Shown: positions 12,001 to 27,700 of the stretch, piece by piece | Numbering within the stretch: position 1 is the stretch's first letter | How the letters are laid out: the number at the start of each line of letters is the position of its first letter | NCBI GenBank assembly: GCA_964016885.1 | Contig: OZ024743.1 | Location: forward strand, 233,616,001 to 233,680,000 | Source: Eledone cirrhosa | Lineage: Eukaryota | Reading direction: 5' to 3' | Length of the DNA stretch: 64,000 nucleotides | Notes under the pieces: model-generated | The model's input: the letters and a program-made list of their open reading frames with translations, nothing else | The model's database searches: none | What the model was told of the DNA's origin: nothing | Translations under genes and position numbers: made by a program

Positions 12001-13620
12001 TGTTGACGTTTAACACGGTTTGGTTCCACAGCCACAACTATTGATTTTAAGGAGATATCTTGCTGAAATTCACGCCACACATAGCCAATGAGTGTCTGCA
12101 CAGGTACCAGTAATTACAGATCGATCCGACCACGGGCGGCCGGCCCACGATTGAAAAGGTAACTCCGCCGGCAAATCGTCATTTTTGGATTCGTTTTCTT
12201 CGAAGCACACCATTCGCCGGCGGACTTTGTTGACGTTTAACACGGTTTGGTTCCACAGCCACAACTATTGATTTTACGGAGATATCTTGCTGAAATTCAC
12301 GCCACACATAGCCAATGAGTGTCTGCACATGTACAAGTAATTACAGATCGATCCGACCACGGGCGGCCGACCCGCGATTGAAAAGGTAACTCCGCCGGCA
12401 AATCGTCATTTTTGGATTCGTTTTCTTCGAAGCACACCATTCGCCGGCGGACTTTGTTGACGTTTAACACGGTTTGGTTCCACAGCCACAACTATTGATT
12501 TTACGGAGATATCTTGCTGAAATTCACGCCACACATAGCCAATGAGTCTCTGCACATGTACCATTAATTACAGATCGATCCGACCACGGGCGGTCGGTTT
12601 GCGATTGAAAAGGTAACTCCGCCGGCAAATCGTCATTTTTGGATTCGTTTTCTTCGAAGCACACCATTCGCCGGCGGACTTTGTTGACGTTTAACACGGT
12701 TTGGTTCCACAGCCACAACTATTGATTTTACGGAGATATCTTGCTGAAATTCACGCCACACATAGCCAATGAGTGTCTGCACATGTACCAGTAATTACAG
12801 ATCGATCCGACCACGGGCGGTCGGTTTGCGATTGAAAAGGTAACTCCGCCGGCAAATCGTCATTTTTGGATTCGTTTTCTTCGAAGCACACCATTCGCCA
12901 GCTGACTTTGTTGACGTTTAACACGGTTTGGTTCCACAGCCACAACTATTGATTTTAAGGAGATATCTTGCTGAAATTCACGCCACACATAGCCAATGAG
13001 TGTCTGCACAGGTACCAGTAATTACAGATCGATCCGACCACGGGCGGCCGGTTTGCGATTGAAAAGGTAACTCCGCCGGCAAATCGTCATTTTTGGATTC
13101 GTTTTCTTCGAAGCACACCATTCGCCGGCTGACTTTGTTGACGTTTAACACGGTTTGGTTCCACAGCCACAACTATTGATTTTAAGGAGATATCTTGCTG
13201 AAATTCACGCCACACATAGCCAATGAGTGTCTGCACAGGTACCAGTAATTACAGATCGATCCGACCACGGGCGGCCGGCCCACGATTGAAAAGGTAACTC
13301 CGCCGGCAAATCGTCATTTTTGGATTCGTTTTCTTCGAAGCACACCATTCGCCGGCGGACTTTGTTGACGTTTAACACGGTTTGGTTCCACAGCCACAAC
13401 TATTGATTTTACGGAGATATCTTGCTGAAATTCACGCCACACATAGCCAATGAGTGTCTGCACATGTACAAGTAATTACAGATCGATCCGACCACGGGCG
13501 GCCGACCCGCGATTGAAAAGGTAACTCCGCCGGCAAATCGTCATTTTTGGATTCGTTTTCTTCGAAGCACACCATTCGCCGGCGGACTTTGTTGACGTTT
13601 AACACGGTTTGGTTCCACAG
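9081..13620 (+). repeat. 5-monomer (1135-bp) higher-order block in three copies: 9081-10215, 11351-12485 and 12486-13620
   Basis: The same order of five monomer types occurs at ORFs 9119-10027, 11389-12297 and 12524-13432. The private p116 G>A allele was seen only at 9877, 12147 and 13282. Confidence 0.9.
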
Positions 13621-16600
13621 CCACAACTATTGATTTTACGGAGATATCTTGCTGAAATTCACGCCACACATAGCCAATGAGTGTCTGCACATGTACCAGT
13701 AATTACAGATCGATCCGACCACGGGCGGCCGGCCCGCGATTGAAAAGGTAACTCCGCCGGCAAATCGTCATTTTTGGATTCGTTTTCTTCGAAGCACACC
13801 ATTCGCCGGCGGACTTTGTTGACGTTTAACACGGTTTGGTTCCACAGCCACAACTATTGATTTTACGGAGATATCTTGCTGAAATTCACGCCACACATAG
13901 CCAATGAGTGTCCGCACATGTACCAGTAATTACAGATCGATCCGACCACGGGCGGTCGGTTTGCGATTGAAAAGGTAACTCCGCCGGCAAATCGTCATTT
14001 TTGGATTCGTTTTCTTCGAAGCACACCATTCGCCGGCTGACTTTGTTGACGTTTAACACGGTTTGGTTCCACAGCCACAACTATTGATTTTACGGAGATA
14101 TCTTGCTGAAATTCACGCCACACATAGCCAATGAGTGTCTGCACATGTACCAGTAATTACAGATCGATCCGACCACGGGCGGTCGGTTTGCGATTGAAAA
14201 GGTAACTCCGCCGGCAAATCGTCATTTTTGGATTCGTTTTCTTCGAAGCACACCATTCGCCGGCGGACTTTGTTGACGTTTAACACGGTTTGGTTCCACA
14301 GCCACAACTATTGATTTTACGGAGATATCTTGCTGAAATTCACGCCACACATAGCCAATGAGTGTCTGCACATGTATCAGTAATTACAGATCGATCCGAC
14401 CACGGGCGGCCGGCCCGCGATTGAAAAGGTAACTCCGCCGGCAAATCGTCATTTTTGGATTCGTTTTCTTCGAAGCACACCATTCGCCGGCGGACTTTGT
14501 TGACGTTTAACACGGTTTGGTTCCACAGCCACAACTATTGATTTTACGGAGATATCTTGCTGAAATTCACGCCACACATAGCCAATGAGTGTCTGCACAT
14601 GTACAAGTAATTACAGATCGATCCGACCACGGGCGGCCGGCCCGCGATTGAAAAGGTAACTCCGCCGGCAAATCGTCATTTTTGGATTCGTTTTCTTCGA
14701 AGCACACCATTCGCCGGCGGACTTTGTTGACGTTTAACACGGTTTGGTTCCACAGCCACAACTATTGATTTTACGGAGATATCTTGCTGAAATTCACGCC
14801 ACACATAGCCAATGAGTGTCTGCACATGTACCAGTAATTACAGATCGATCCGACCACGGGCGGCCGGCCCGCGATTGAAAAGGTAACTCCGCCGGCAAAT
14901 CGTCATTTTTGGATTCGTTTTCTTCGAAGCACACCATTCGCCGGCGGACTTTGTTGACGTTTAACACGGTTTGGTTCCACAGCCACAACTATTGATTTTA
15001 CGGAGATATCTTGCTGAAATTCACGCCACACATAGCCAATGAGTCTCTGCACATGTACCATTAATTACAGATCGATCCGACCACGGGCGGTCGGTTTGCG
15101 ATTGAAAAGGTAACTCCGCCGGCAAATCGTCATTTTTGGATTCGTTTTCTTCGAAGCACACCATTCGCCGGCTGACTTTGTTGACGTTTAACACGGTTTG
15201 GTTCCACAGCCACAACTATTGATTTTAAGGAGATATCTTGCTGAAATTCACGCCACACATAGCCAATGAGTGTCTGCACAGGTACCAGTAATTACAGATC
15301 GATCCGACCACGGGCGGCCGGCCCGCGATTGAAAAGGTAACTCCGCCGGCAAATCGTCATTTTTGGATTCGTTTTCTTCGAAGCACACCATTCGCCGGCG
15401 GACTTTGTTGACGTTTAACACGGTTTGGTTCCACAGCCACAACTATTGATTTTACGGAGATATCTTGCTGAAATTCACGCCACACATAGCCAATGAGTGT
15501 CTGCACATGTACCAGTAATTACAGATCGATCCGACCACGGGCGGCCGGCCCGCGATTGAAAAGGTAACTCCGCCGGCAAATCGTCATTTTTGGATTCGTT
15601 TTCTTCGAAGCACACCATTCGCCGGCGGACTTTGTTGACGTTTAACACGGTTTGGTTCCACAGCCACAACTATTGATTTTACGGAGATATCTTGCTGAAA
15701 TTCACGCCACACATAGCCAATGAGTGTCTGCACATGTACAAGTAATTACAGATCGATCCGACCACGGGCGGCCGGCCCGCGATTGAAAAGGTAACTCCGC
15801 CGGCAAATCGTCATTTTTGGATTCGTTTTCTTCGAAGCACACCATTCGCCGGCGGACTTTGTTGACGTTTAACACGGTTTGGTTCCACAGCCACAACTAT
15901 TGATTTTACGGAGATATCTTGCTGAAATTCACGCCACACATAGCCAATGAGTGTCTGCACATGTACCAGTAATTACAGATCGATCCGACCACGGGCGGCC
16001 GGCCCGCGATTGAAAAGGTAACTCCGCCGGCAAATCGTCATTTTTGGATTCGTTTTCTTCGAAGCACACCATTCGCCGGCGGACTTTGTTGACGTTTAAC
16101 ACGGTTTGGTTCCACAGCCACAACTATTGATTTTACGGAGATATCTTGCTGAAATTCACGCCACACATAGCCAATGAGTCTCTGCACATGTACCATTAAT
16201 TACAGATCGATCCGACCACGGGCGGTCGGTTTGCGATTGAAAAGGTAACTCCGCCGGCAAATCGTCATTTTTGGATTCGTTTTCTTCGAAGCACACCATT
16301 CGCCGGCTGACTTTGTTGACGTTTAACACGGTTTGGTTCCACAGCCACAACTATTGATTTTAAGGAGATATCTTGCTGAAATTCACGCCACACATAGCCA
16401 ATGAGTGTCTGCACAGGTACCAGTAATTACAGATCGATCCGACCACGGGCGGCCGGCCCGCGATTGAAAAGGTAACTCCGCCGGCAAATCGTCATTTTTG
16501 GATTCGTTTTCTTCGAAGCACACCATTCGCCGGCGGACTTTGTTGACGTTTAACACGGTTTGGTTCCACAGCCACAACTATTGATTTTACGGAGATATCT

Positions 16601-19600
16601 TGCTGAAATTCACGCCACACATAGCCAATGAGTGTCTGCACATGTACCAGTAATTACAGATCGATCCGACCACGGGCGGTCGGTTTGCGATTGAAAAGGT
16701 AACTCCGCCGGCAAATCGTCATTTTTGGATTCGTTTTCTTCGAAGCACACCATTCGCCAGCTGACTTTGTTGACGTTTAACACGGTTTGGTTCCACAGCC
16801 ACAACTATTGATTTTAAGGAGATATCTTGCTGAAATTCACGCCACACATAGCCAATGAGTGTCTGCACAGGTACCAGTAATTACAGATCGATCCGACCAC
16901 GGGCGGCCGGTTTGCGATTGAAAAGGTAACTCCGCCGGCAAATCGTCATTTTTGGATTCGTTTTCTTCGAAGCACACCATTCGCCGGCTGACTTTGTTGA
17001 CGTTTAACACGGTTTGGTTCCACAGCCACAACTATTGATTTTAAGGAGATATCTTGCTGAAATTCACGCCACACATAGCCAATGAGTGTCTGCACAGGTA
17101 CCAGTAATTACAGATCGATCCGACCACGGGCGGCCGGCCCGCGATTGAAAAGGTAACTCCGCCGGCAAATCGTCATTTTTGGATTCGTTTTCTTCGAAGC
17201 ACACCATTCGCCGGCGGACTTTGTTGACGTTTAACACGGTTTGGTTCCACAGCCACAACTATTGATTTTACGGAGATATCTTGCTGAAATTCACGCCACA
17301 CATAGCCAATGAGTGTCTGCACATGTACCAGTAATTACAGATCGATCCGACCACGGGCGGTCGGTTTGCGATTGAAAAGGTAACTCCGCCGGCAAATCGT
17401 CATTTTTGGATTCGTTTTCTTCGAAGCACACCATTCGCCGGCTGACTTTGTTGACGTTTAACACGGTTTGGTTCCACAGCCACAACTATTGATTTTACGG
17501 AGATATCTTGCTGAAATTCACGCCACACATAGCCAATGAGTGTCTGCACATGTACCAGTAATTACAGATCGATCCGACCACGGGCGGTCGGTTTGCGATT
17601 GAAAAGGTAACTCCGCCGGCAAATCGTCATTTTTGGATTCGTTTTCTTCGAAGCACACCATTCGCCGGCGGACTTTGTTGACGTTTAACACGGTTTGGTT
17701 CCACAGCCACAACTATTGATTTTACGGAGATATCTTGCTGAAATTCACGCCACACATAGCCAATGAGTGTCTGCACATGTATCAGTAATTACAGATCGAT
17801 CCGACCACGGGCGGCCGGCCCGCGATTGAAAAGGTAACTCCGCCGGCAAATCGTCATTTTTGGATTCGTTTTCTTCGAAGCACACCATTCGCCGGCGGAC
17901 TTTGTTGACGTTTAACACGGTTTGGTTCCACAGCCACAACTATTGATTTTACGGAGATATCTTGCTGAAATTCACGCCACACATAGCCAATGAGTGTCTG
18001 CACATGTACAAGTAATTACAGATCGATCCGACCACGGGCGGCCGGCCCGCGATTGAAAAGGTAACTCCGCCGGCAAATCGTCATTTTTGGATTCGTTTTC
18101 TTCGAAGCACACCATTCGCCGGCGGACTTTGTTGACGTTTAACACGGTTTGGTTCCACAGCCACAACTATTGATTTTACGGAGATATCTTGCTGAAATTC
18201 ACGCCACACATAGCCAATGAGTGTCTGCACATGTACCAGTAATTACAGATCGATCCGACCACGGGCGGCCGGCCCGCGATTGAAAAGGTAACTCCGCCGG
18301 CAAATCGTCATTTTTGGATTCGTTTTCTTCGAAGCACACCATTCGCCGGCGGACTTTGTTGACGTTTAACACGGTTTGGTTCCACAGCCACAACTATTGA
18401 TTTTACGGAGATATCTTGCTGAAATTCACGCCACACATAGCCAATGAGTCTCTGCACATGTACCATTAATTACAGATCGATCCGACCACGGGCGGTCGGT
18501 TTGCGATTGAAAAGGTAACTCCGCCGGCAAATCGTCATTTTTGGATTCGTTTTCTTCGAAGCACACCATTCGCCGGCTGACTTTGTTGACGTTTAACACG
18601 GTTTGGTTCCACAGCCACAACTATTGATTTTAAGGAGATATCTTGCTGAAATTCACGCCACACATAGCCAATGAGTGTCTGCACAGGTACCAGTAATTAC
18701 AGATCGATCCGACCACGGGCGGCCGGCCCGCGATTGAAAAGGTAACTCCGCCGGCAAATCGTCATTTTTGGATTCGTTTTCTTCGAAGCACACCATTCGC
18801 CGGCGGACTTTGTTGACGTTTAACACGGTTTGGTTCCACAGCCACAACTATTGATTTTACGGAGATATCTTGCTGAAATTCACGCCACACATAGCCAATG
18901 AGTGTCTGCACATGTACCAGTAATTACAGATCGATCCGACCACGGGCGGCCGGCCCGCGATTGAAAAGGTAACTCCGCCGGCAAATCGTCATTTTTGGAT
19001 TCGTTTTCTTCGAAGCACACCATTCGCCGGCGGACTTTGTTGACGTTTAACACGGTTTGGTTCCACAGCCACAACTATTGATTTTACGGAGATATCTTGC
19101 TGAAATTCACGCCACACATAGCCAATGAGTGTCTGCACATGTACCAGTAATTACAGATCGATCCGACCACGGGCGGTCGGTTTGCGATTGAAAAGGTAAC
19201 TCCGCCGGCAAATCGTCATTTTTGGATTCGTTTTCTTCGAAGCACACCATTCGCCAGCTGACTTTGTTGACGTTTAACACGGTTTGGTTCCACAGCCACA
19301 ACTATTGATTTTAAGGAGATATCTTGCTGAAATTCACGCCACACATAGCCAATGAGTGTCTGCACAGGTACCAGTAATTACAGATCGATCCGACCACGGG
19401 CGGCCGGTTTGCGATTGAAAAGGTAACTCCGCCGGCAAATCGTCATTTTTGGATTCGTTTTCTTCGAAGCACACCATTCGCCGGCTGACTTTGTTGACGT
19501 TTAACACGGTTTGGTTCCACAGCCACAACTATTGATTTTAAGGAGATATCTTGCTGAAATTCACGCCACACATAGCCAATGAGTGTCTGCACAGGTACCA

Positions 19601-21792
19601 GTAATTACAGATCGATCCGACCACGGGCGGCCGGCCCGCGATTGAAAAGGTAACTCCGCCGGCAAATCGTCATTTTTGGATTCGTTTTCTTCGAAGCACA
19701 CCATTCGCCGGCGGACTTTGTTGACGTTTAACACGGTTTGGTTCCACAGCCACAACTATTGATTTTACGGAGATATCTTGCTGAAATTCACGCCACACAT
19801 AGCCAATGAGTGTCTGCACATGTACCAGTAATTACAGATCGATCCGACCACGGGCGGTCGGTTTGCGATTGAAAAGGTAACTCCGCCGGCAAATCGTCAT
19901 TTTTGGATTCGTTTTCTTCGAAGCACACCATTCGCCGGCTGACTTTGTTGACGTTTAACACGGTTTGGTTCCACAGCCACAACTATTGATTTTACGGAGA
20001 TATCTTGCTGAAATTCACGCCACACATAGCCAATGAGTGTCTGCACATGTACCAGTAATTACAGATCGATCCGACCACGGGCGGTCGGTTTGCGATTGAA
20101 AAGGTAACTCCGCCGGCAAATCGTCATTTTTGGATTCGTTTTCTTCGAAGCACACCATTCGCCGGCGGACTTTGTTGACGTTTAACACGGTTTGGTTCCA
20201 CAGCCACAACTATTGATTTTACGGAGATATCTTGCTGAAATTCACGCCACACATAGCCAATGAGTGTCTGCACATGTATCAGTAATTACAGATCGATCCG
20301 ACCACGGGCGGCCGGCCCGCGATTGAAAAGGTAACTCCGCCGGCAAATCGTCATTTTTGGATTCGTTTTCTTCGAAGCACACCATTCGCCGGCGGACTTT
20401 GTTGACGTTTAACACGGTTTGGTTCCACAGCCACAACTATTGATTTTACGGAGATATCTTGCTGAAATTCACGCCACACATAGCCAATGAGTGTCTGCAC
20501 ATGTACCAGTAATTACAGATCGATCCGACCACGGGCGGCCGGTTTGCGATTGAAAAGGTAACTCCGCCGGCAAATCGTCATTTTTGGATTCGTTTTCTTC
20601 GAAGCACACCATTCGCCGGCTGACTTTGTTGACGTTTAACACGGTTTGGTTCCACAGCCACAACTATTGATTTTAAGGAGATATCTTGCTGAAATTCACG
20701 CCACACATAGCCAATGAGTGTCTGCACAGGTACCAGTAATTACAGATCGATCCGACCACGGGCGGCCGGCCCGCGATTGAAAAGGTAACTCCGCCGGCAA
20801 ATCGTCATTTTTGGATTCGTTTTCTTCGAAGCACACCATTCGCCGGCGGACTTTGTTGACGTTTAACACGGTTTGGTTCCACAGCCACAACTATTGATTT
20901 TACGGAGATATCTTGCTGAAATTCACGCCACACATAGCCAATGAGTGTCTGCACATGTACCAGTAATTACAGATCGATCCGACCACGGGCGGTCGGTTTG
21001 CGATTGAAAAGGTAACTCCGCCGGCAAATCGTCATTTTTGGATTCGTTTTCTTCGAAGCACACCATTCGCCGGCTGACTTTGTTGACGTTTAACACGGTT
21101 TGGTTCCACAGCCACAACTATTGATTTTACGGAGATATCTTGCTGAAATTCACGCCACACATAGCCAATGAGTGTCTGCACATGTACCAGTAATTACAGA
21201 TCGATCCGACCACGGGCGGTCGGTTTGCGATTGAAAAGGTAACTCCGCCGGCAAATCGTCATTTTTGGATTCGTTTTCTTCGAAGCACACCATTCGCCGG
21301 CGGACTTTGTTGACGTTTAACACGGTTTGGTTCCACAGCCACAACTATTGATTTTACGGAGATATCTTGCTGAAATTCACGCCACACATAGCCAATGAGT
21401 GTCTGCACATGTATCAGTAATTACAGATCGATCCGACCACGGGCGGCCGGCCCGCGATTGAAAAGGTAACTCCGCCGGCAAATCGTCATTTTTGGATTCG
21501 TTTTCTTCGAAGCACACCATTCGCCGGCGGACTTTGTTGACGTTTAACACGGTTTGGTTCCACAGCCACAACTATTGATTTTACGGAGATATCTTGCTGA
21601 AATTCACGCCACACATAGCCAATGAGTGTCTGCACATGTACCAGTAATTACAGATCGATCCGACCACGGGCGGCCGGTTTGCGATTGAAAAGGTAACTCC
21701 GCCGGCAAATCGTCATTTTTGGATTCGTTTTCTTCGAAGCACACCATTCGCCAGCTGACTTTGTTGACGTTTAACACGGTTTGGTTCCACAG

Positions 21793-24700
21793 CCACAACT
21801 ATTGATTTTAAGGAGATATCTTGCTGAAATTCACGCCACACATAGCCAATGAGTGTCTGCACAGGTACCAGTAATTACAGATCGATCCGACCACGGGCGG
21901 CCGGTTTGCGATTGAAAAGGTAACTCCGCCGGCAAATCGTCATTTTTGGATTCGTTTTCTTCGAAGCACACCATTCGCCGGCTGACTTTGTTGACGTTTA
22001 ACACGGTTTGGTTCCACAGCCACAACTATTGATTTTAAGGAGATATCTTGCTGAAATTCACGCCACACATAGCCAATGAGTGTCTGCACAGGTACCAGTA
22101 ATTACAGATCGATCCGACCACGGGCGGCCGGCCCGCGATTGAAAAGGTAACTCCGCCGGCAAATCGTCATTTTTGGATTCGTTTTCTTCGAAGCACACCA
22201 TTCGCCGGCGGACTTTGTTGACGTTTAACACGGTTTGGTTCCACAGCCACAACTATTGATTTTACGGAGATATCTTGCTGAAATTCACGCCACACATAGC
22301 CAATGAGTGTCTGCACATGTACCAGTAATTACAGATCGATCCGACCACGGGCGGCCGGCCCGCGATTGGAAAGGTAACTCCGCCGGCAAATCGTCATTTT
22401 TGGATTCGTTTTCTTCGAAGCACACCATTCGCCGGCGGACTTTGTTGACGTTTAACACGGTTTGGTTCCACAGCCACAACTATTGATTTTACGGAGATAT
22501 CTTGCTGAAATTCACGCCACACATAGCCAATGAGTGTCTGCACATGTATCAGTAATTACAGATCGATCCGACCACGGGCGGCCGGCCCGCGATTGAAAAG
22601 GTAACTCCGCCGGCAAATCGTCATTTTTGGATTCGTTTTCTTCGAAGCACACCATTCGCCGGCGGACTTTGTTGACGTTTAACACGGTTTGGTTCCACAG
22701 CCACAACTATTGATTTTACGGAGATATCTTGCTGAAATTCACGCCACACATAGCCAATGAGTGTCTGCACATGTACAAGTAATTACAGATCGATCCGACC
22801 ACGGGCGGCCGACCCGCGATTGAAAAGGTAACTCCGCCGGCAAATCGTCATTTTTGGATTCGTTTTCTTCGAAGCACACCATTCGCCGGCGGACTTTGTT
22901 GACGTTTAACACGGTTTGGTTCCACAGCCACAACTATTGATTTTACGGAGATATCTTGCTGAAATTCACGCCACACATAGCCAATGAGTGTCTGCACATG
23001 TACCAGTAATTACAGATCGATCCGACCACGGGCGGCCGGCCCGCGATTGAAAAGGTAACTCCGCCGGCAAATCGTCATTTTTGGATTCGTTTTCTTCGAA
23101 GCACACCATTCGCCGGCGGACTTTGTTGACGTTTAACACGGTTTGGTTCCACAGCCACAACTATTGATTTTACGGAGATATCTTGCTGAAATTCACGCCA
23201 CACATAGCCAATGAGTGTCCGCACATGTACCAGTAATTACAGATCGATCCGACCACGGGCGGTCGGTTTGCGATTGAAAAGGTAACTCCGCCGGCAAATC
23301 GTCATTTTTGGATTCGTTTTCTTCGAAGCACACCATTCGCCGGCTGACTTTGTTGACGTTTAACACGGTTTGGTTCCACAGCCACAACTATTGATTTTAC
23401 GGAGATATCTTGCTGAAATTCACGCCACACATAGCCAATGAGTGTCTGCACATGTACCAGTAATTACAGATCGATCCGACCACGGGCGGTCGGTTTGCGA
23501 TTGAAAAGGTAACTCCGCCGGCAAATCGTCATTTTTGTATTCGTTTTCTTCGAAGCACACCATTCGCCGGCGGACTTTGTTGACGTTTAACACGGTTTGG
23601 TTCCACAGCCACAACTATTGATTTTACGGAGATATCTTGCTGAAATTCACGCCACACATAGCCAATGAGTGTCTGCACATGTATCAGTAATTACAGATCG
23701 ATCCGACCACGGGCGGCCGGCCCGCGATTGAAAAGGTAACTCCGCCGGCAAATCGTCATTTTTGGATTCGTTTTCTTCGAAGCACACCATTCGCCGGCGG
23801 ACTTTGTTGACGTTTAACACGGTTTGGTTCCACAGCCACAACTATTGATTTTACGGAGATATCTTGCTGAAATTCACGCCACACATAGCCAATGAGTGTC
23901 TGCACATGTACAAGTAATTACAGATCGATCCGACCACGGGCGGCCGGCCCGCGATTGAAAAGGTAACTCCGCCGGCAAATCGTCATTTTTGGATTCGTTT
24001 TCTTCGAAGCACACCATTCGCCGGCGGACTTTGTTGACGTTTAACACGGTTTGGTTCCACAGCCACAACTATTGATTTTACGGAGATATCTTGCTGAAAT
24101 TCACGCCACACATAGCCAATGAGTGTCTGCACATGTACCAGTAATTACAGATCGATCCGACCACGGGCGGCCGGCCCGCGATTGAAAAGGTAACTCCGCC
24201 GGCAAATCGTCATTTTTGGATTCGTTTTCTTCGAAGCACACCATTCGCCGGCGGACTTTGTTGACGTTTAACACGGTTTGGTTCCACAGCCACAACTATT
24301 GATTTTACGGAGATATCTTGCTGAAATTCACGCCACACATAGCCAATGAGTCTCTGCACATGTACCATTAATTACAGATCGATCCGACCACGGGCGGTCG
24401 GTTTGCGATTGAAAAGGTAACTCCGCCGGCAAATCGTCATTTTTGGATTCGTTTTCTTCGAAGCACACCATTCGCCGGCTGACTTTGTTGACGTTTAACA
24501 CGGTTTGGTTCCACAGCCACAACTATTGATTTTAAGGAGATATCTTGCTGAAATTCACGCCACACATAGCCAATGAGTGTCTGCACAGGTACCAGTAATT
24601 ACAGATCGATCCGACCACGGGCGGCCGGCCCGCGATTGAAAAGGTAACTCCGCCGGCAAATCGTCATTTTTGGATTCGTTTTCTTCGAAGCACACCATTC

Positions 24701-27700
24701 GCCGGCGGACTTTGTTGACGTTTAACACGGTTTGGTTCCACAGCCACAACTATTGATTTTACGTAGATATCTTGCTGAAATTCACGCCACACATAGCCAA
24801 TGAGTGTCTGCACATGTACCAGTAATTACAGATCGATCCGACCACGGGCGGCCGGTTTGCGATTGAAAAGGTAACTCCGCCGGCAAATCGTCATTTTTGG
24901 ATTCGTTTTCTTCGAAGCACACCATTCGCCGGCTGACTTTGTTGACGTTTAACACGGTTTGGGTCCACAGCCACAACTATTGATTTTACGGAGATATCTT
25001 GCTGAAATTCACGCCACACATAGCCAATGAGTGTCTGCACATGTACAAGTAATTACAGATCGATCCGACCACGGGCGGCCGACCCGCGATTGAAAAGGTA
25101 ACTCCGCCGGCAAATCGTCATTTTTGGATTCGTTTTCTTCGAAGCACACCATTCGCCGGCGGACTTTGTTGACGTTTAACACGGTTTGGTTCCACAGCCA
25201 CAACTATTGATTTTACGGAGATATCTTGCTGAAATTCACGCCACACATAGCCAATGAGTGTCTGCACATGTACCAGTAATTACAGATCGATCCGACCACG
25301 GGCGGCCGGCCCGCGATTGAAAAGGTAACTCCGCCGGCAAATCGTCATTTTTGGATTCGTTTTCTTCGAAGCACACCATTCGCCGGCGGACTTTGTTGAC
25401 GTTTAACACGGTTTGGTTCCACAGCCACAACTATTGATTTTACGGAGATATCTTGCTGAAATTCACGCCACACATAGCCAATGAGTGTCCGCACATGTAC
25501 CAGTAATTACAGATCGATCCGACCACGGGCGGTCGGTTTGCGATTGAAAAGGTAACTCCGCCGGCAAATCGTCATTTTTGGATTCGTTTTCTTCGAAGCA
25601 CACCATTCGCCGGCTGACTTTGTTGACGTTTAACACGGTTTGGTTCCACAGCCACAACTATTGATTTTACGGAGATATCTTGCTGAAATTCACGCCACAC
25701 ATAGCCAATGAGTGTCTGCACATGTACCAGTAATTACAGATCGATCCGACCACGGGCGGTCGGTTTGCGATTGAAAAGGTAACTCCGCCGGCAAATCGTC
25801 ATTTTTGGATTCGTTTTCTTCGAAGCACACCATTCGCCGGCGGACTTTGTTGACGTTTAACACGGTTTGGTTCCACAGCCACAACTATTGATTTTACGGA
25901 GATATCTTGCTGAAATTCACGCCACACATAGCCAATGAGTGTCTGCACATGTATCAGTAATTACAGATCGATCCGACCACGGGCGGCCGGCCCGCGATTG
26001 AAAAGGTAACTCCGCCGGCAAATCGTCATTTTTGGATTCGTTTTCTTCGAAGCACACCATTCGCCGGCGGACTTTGTTGACGTTTAACACGGTTTGGTTC
26101 CACAGCCACAACTATTGATTTTACGGAGATATCTTGCTGAAATTCACGCCACACATAGCCAATGAGTGTCTGCACATGTACAAGTAATTACAGATCGATC
26201 CGACCACGGGCGGCCGGCCCGCGATTGAAAAGGTAACTCCGCCGGCAAATCGTCATTTTTGGATTCGTTTTCTTCGAAGCACACCATTCGCCGGCGGACT
26301 TTGTTGACGTTTAACACGGTTTGGTTCCACAGCCACAACTATTGATTTTACGGAGATATCTTGCTGAAATTCACGCCACACATAGCCAATGAGTGTCTGC
26401 ACATGTACCAGTAATTACAGATCGATCCGACCACGGGCGGCCGGCCCGCGATTGAAAAGGTAACTCCGCCGGCAAATCGTCATTTTTGGATTCGTTTTCT
26501 TCGAAGCACACCATTCGCCGGCGGACTTTGTTGACGTTTAACACGGTTTGGTTCCACAGCCACAACTATTGATTTTACGGAGATATCTTGCTGAAATTCA
26601 CGCCACACATAGCCAATGAGTCTCTGCACATGTACCATTAATTACAGATCGATCCGACCACGGGCGGTCGGTTTGCGATTGAAAAGGTAACTCCGCCGGC
26701 AAATCGTCATTTTTGGATTCGTTTTCTTCGAAGCACACCATTCGCCGGCTGACTTTGTTGACGTTTAACACGGTTTGGTTCCACAGCCACAACTATTGAT
26801 TTTAAGGAGATATCTTGCTGAAATTCACGCCACACATAGCCAATGAGTGTCTGCACATGTATCAGTAATTACAGATCGATCCGACCACGGGCGGCCGGCC
26901 CGCGATTGAAAAGGTAACTCCGCCGGCAAATCGTCATTTTTGGATTCGTTTTCTTCGAAGCACACCATTCGCCTGCGGACTTTGTTGACGTTTAACACGG
27001 TTTGGTTCCACAGCCACAACTATTGATTTTACGGAGATATCTTGCTGAAATTCACGCCACACATAGCCAATGAGTGTCTGCACATGTACCAGTAATTACA
27101 GATCGATCCGACCACGGGCGGTCGGTTTGCGATTGAAAAGGTAACTCCGCCGGCAAATCGTCATTTTTGGATTCGTTTTCTTCGAAGCACACCATTCGCC
27201 GGCGGACTTTGTTGACGTTTAACACGGTTTGGTTCCACAGCCACAACTATTGATTTTACGGAGATATCTTGCTGAAATTCACGCCACACATAGCCAATGA
27301 GTGTCTGCACATGTACCAGTAATTACAGATCGATCCGACCACGGGCGGTCGGTTTGCGATTGAAAAGGTAACTCCGCCGGCAAATCGTCATTTTTGGATT
27401 CGTTTTCTTCGAAGCACACCATTCGCCGGCTGACTTTGTTGACGTTTAACACGGTTTGGTTCCACAGCCACAACTATTGATTTTACGGAGATATCTTGCT
27501 GAAATTCACGCCACACATAGCCAATGAGTGTCTGCACATGTACCAGTAATTACAGATCGATCCGACCACGGGCGGTCGGTTTGCGATTGAAAAGGTAACT
27601 CCGCCGGCAAATCGTCATTTTTGGATTCGTTTTCTTCGAAGCACACCATTCGCCGGCGGACTTTGTTGACGTTTAACACGGTTTGGTTCCACAGCCACAA

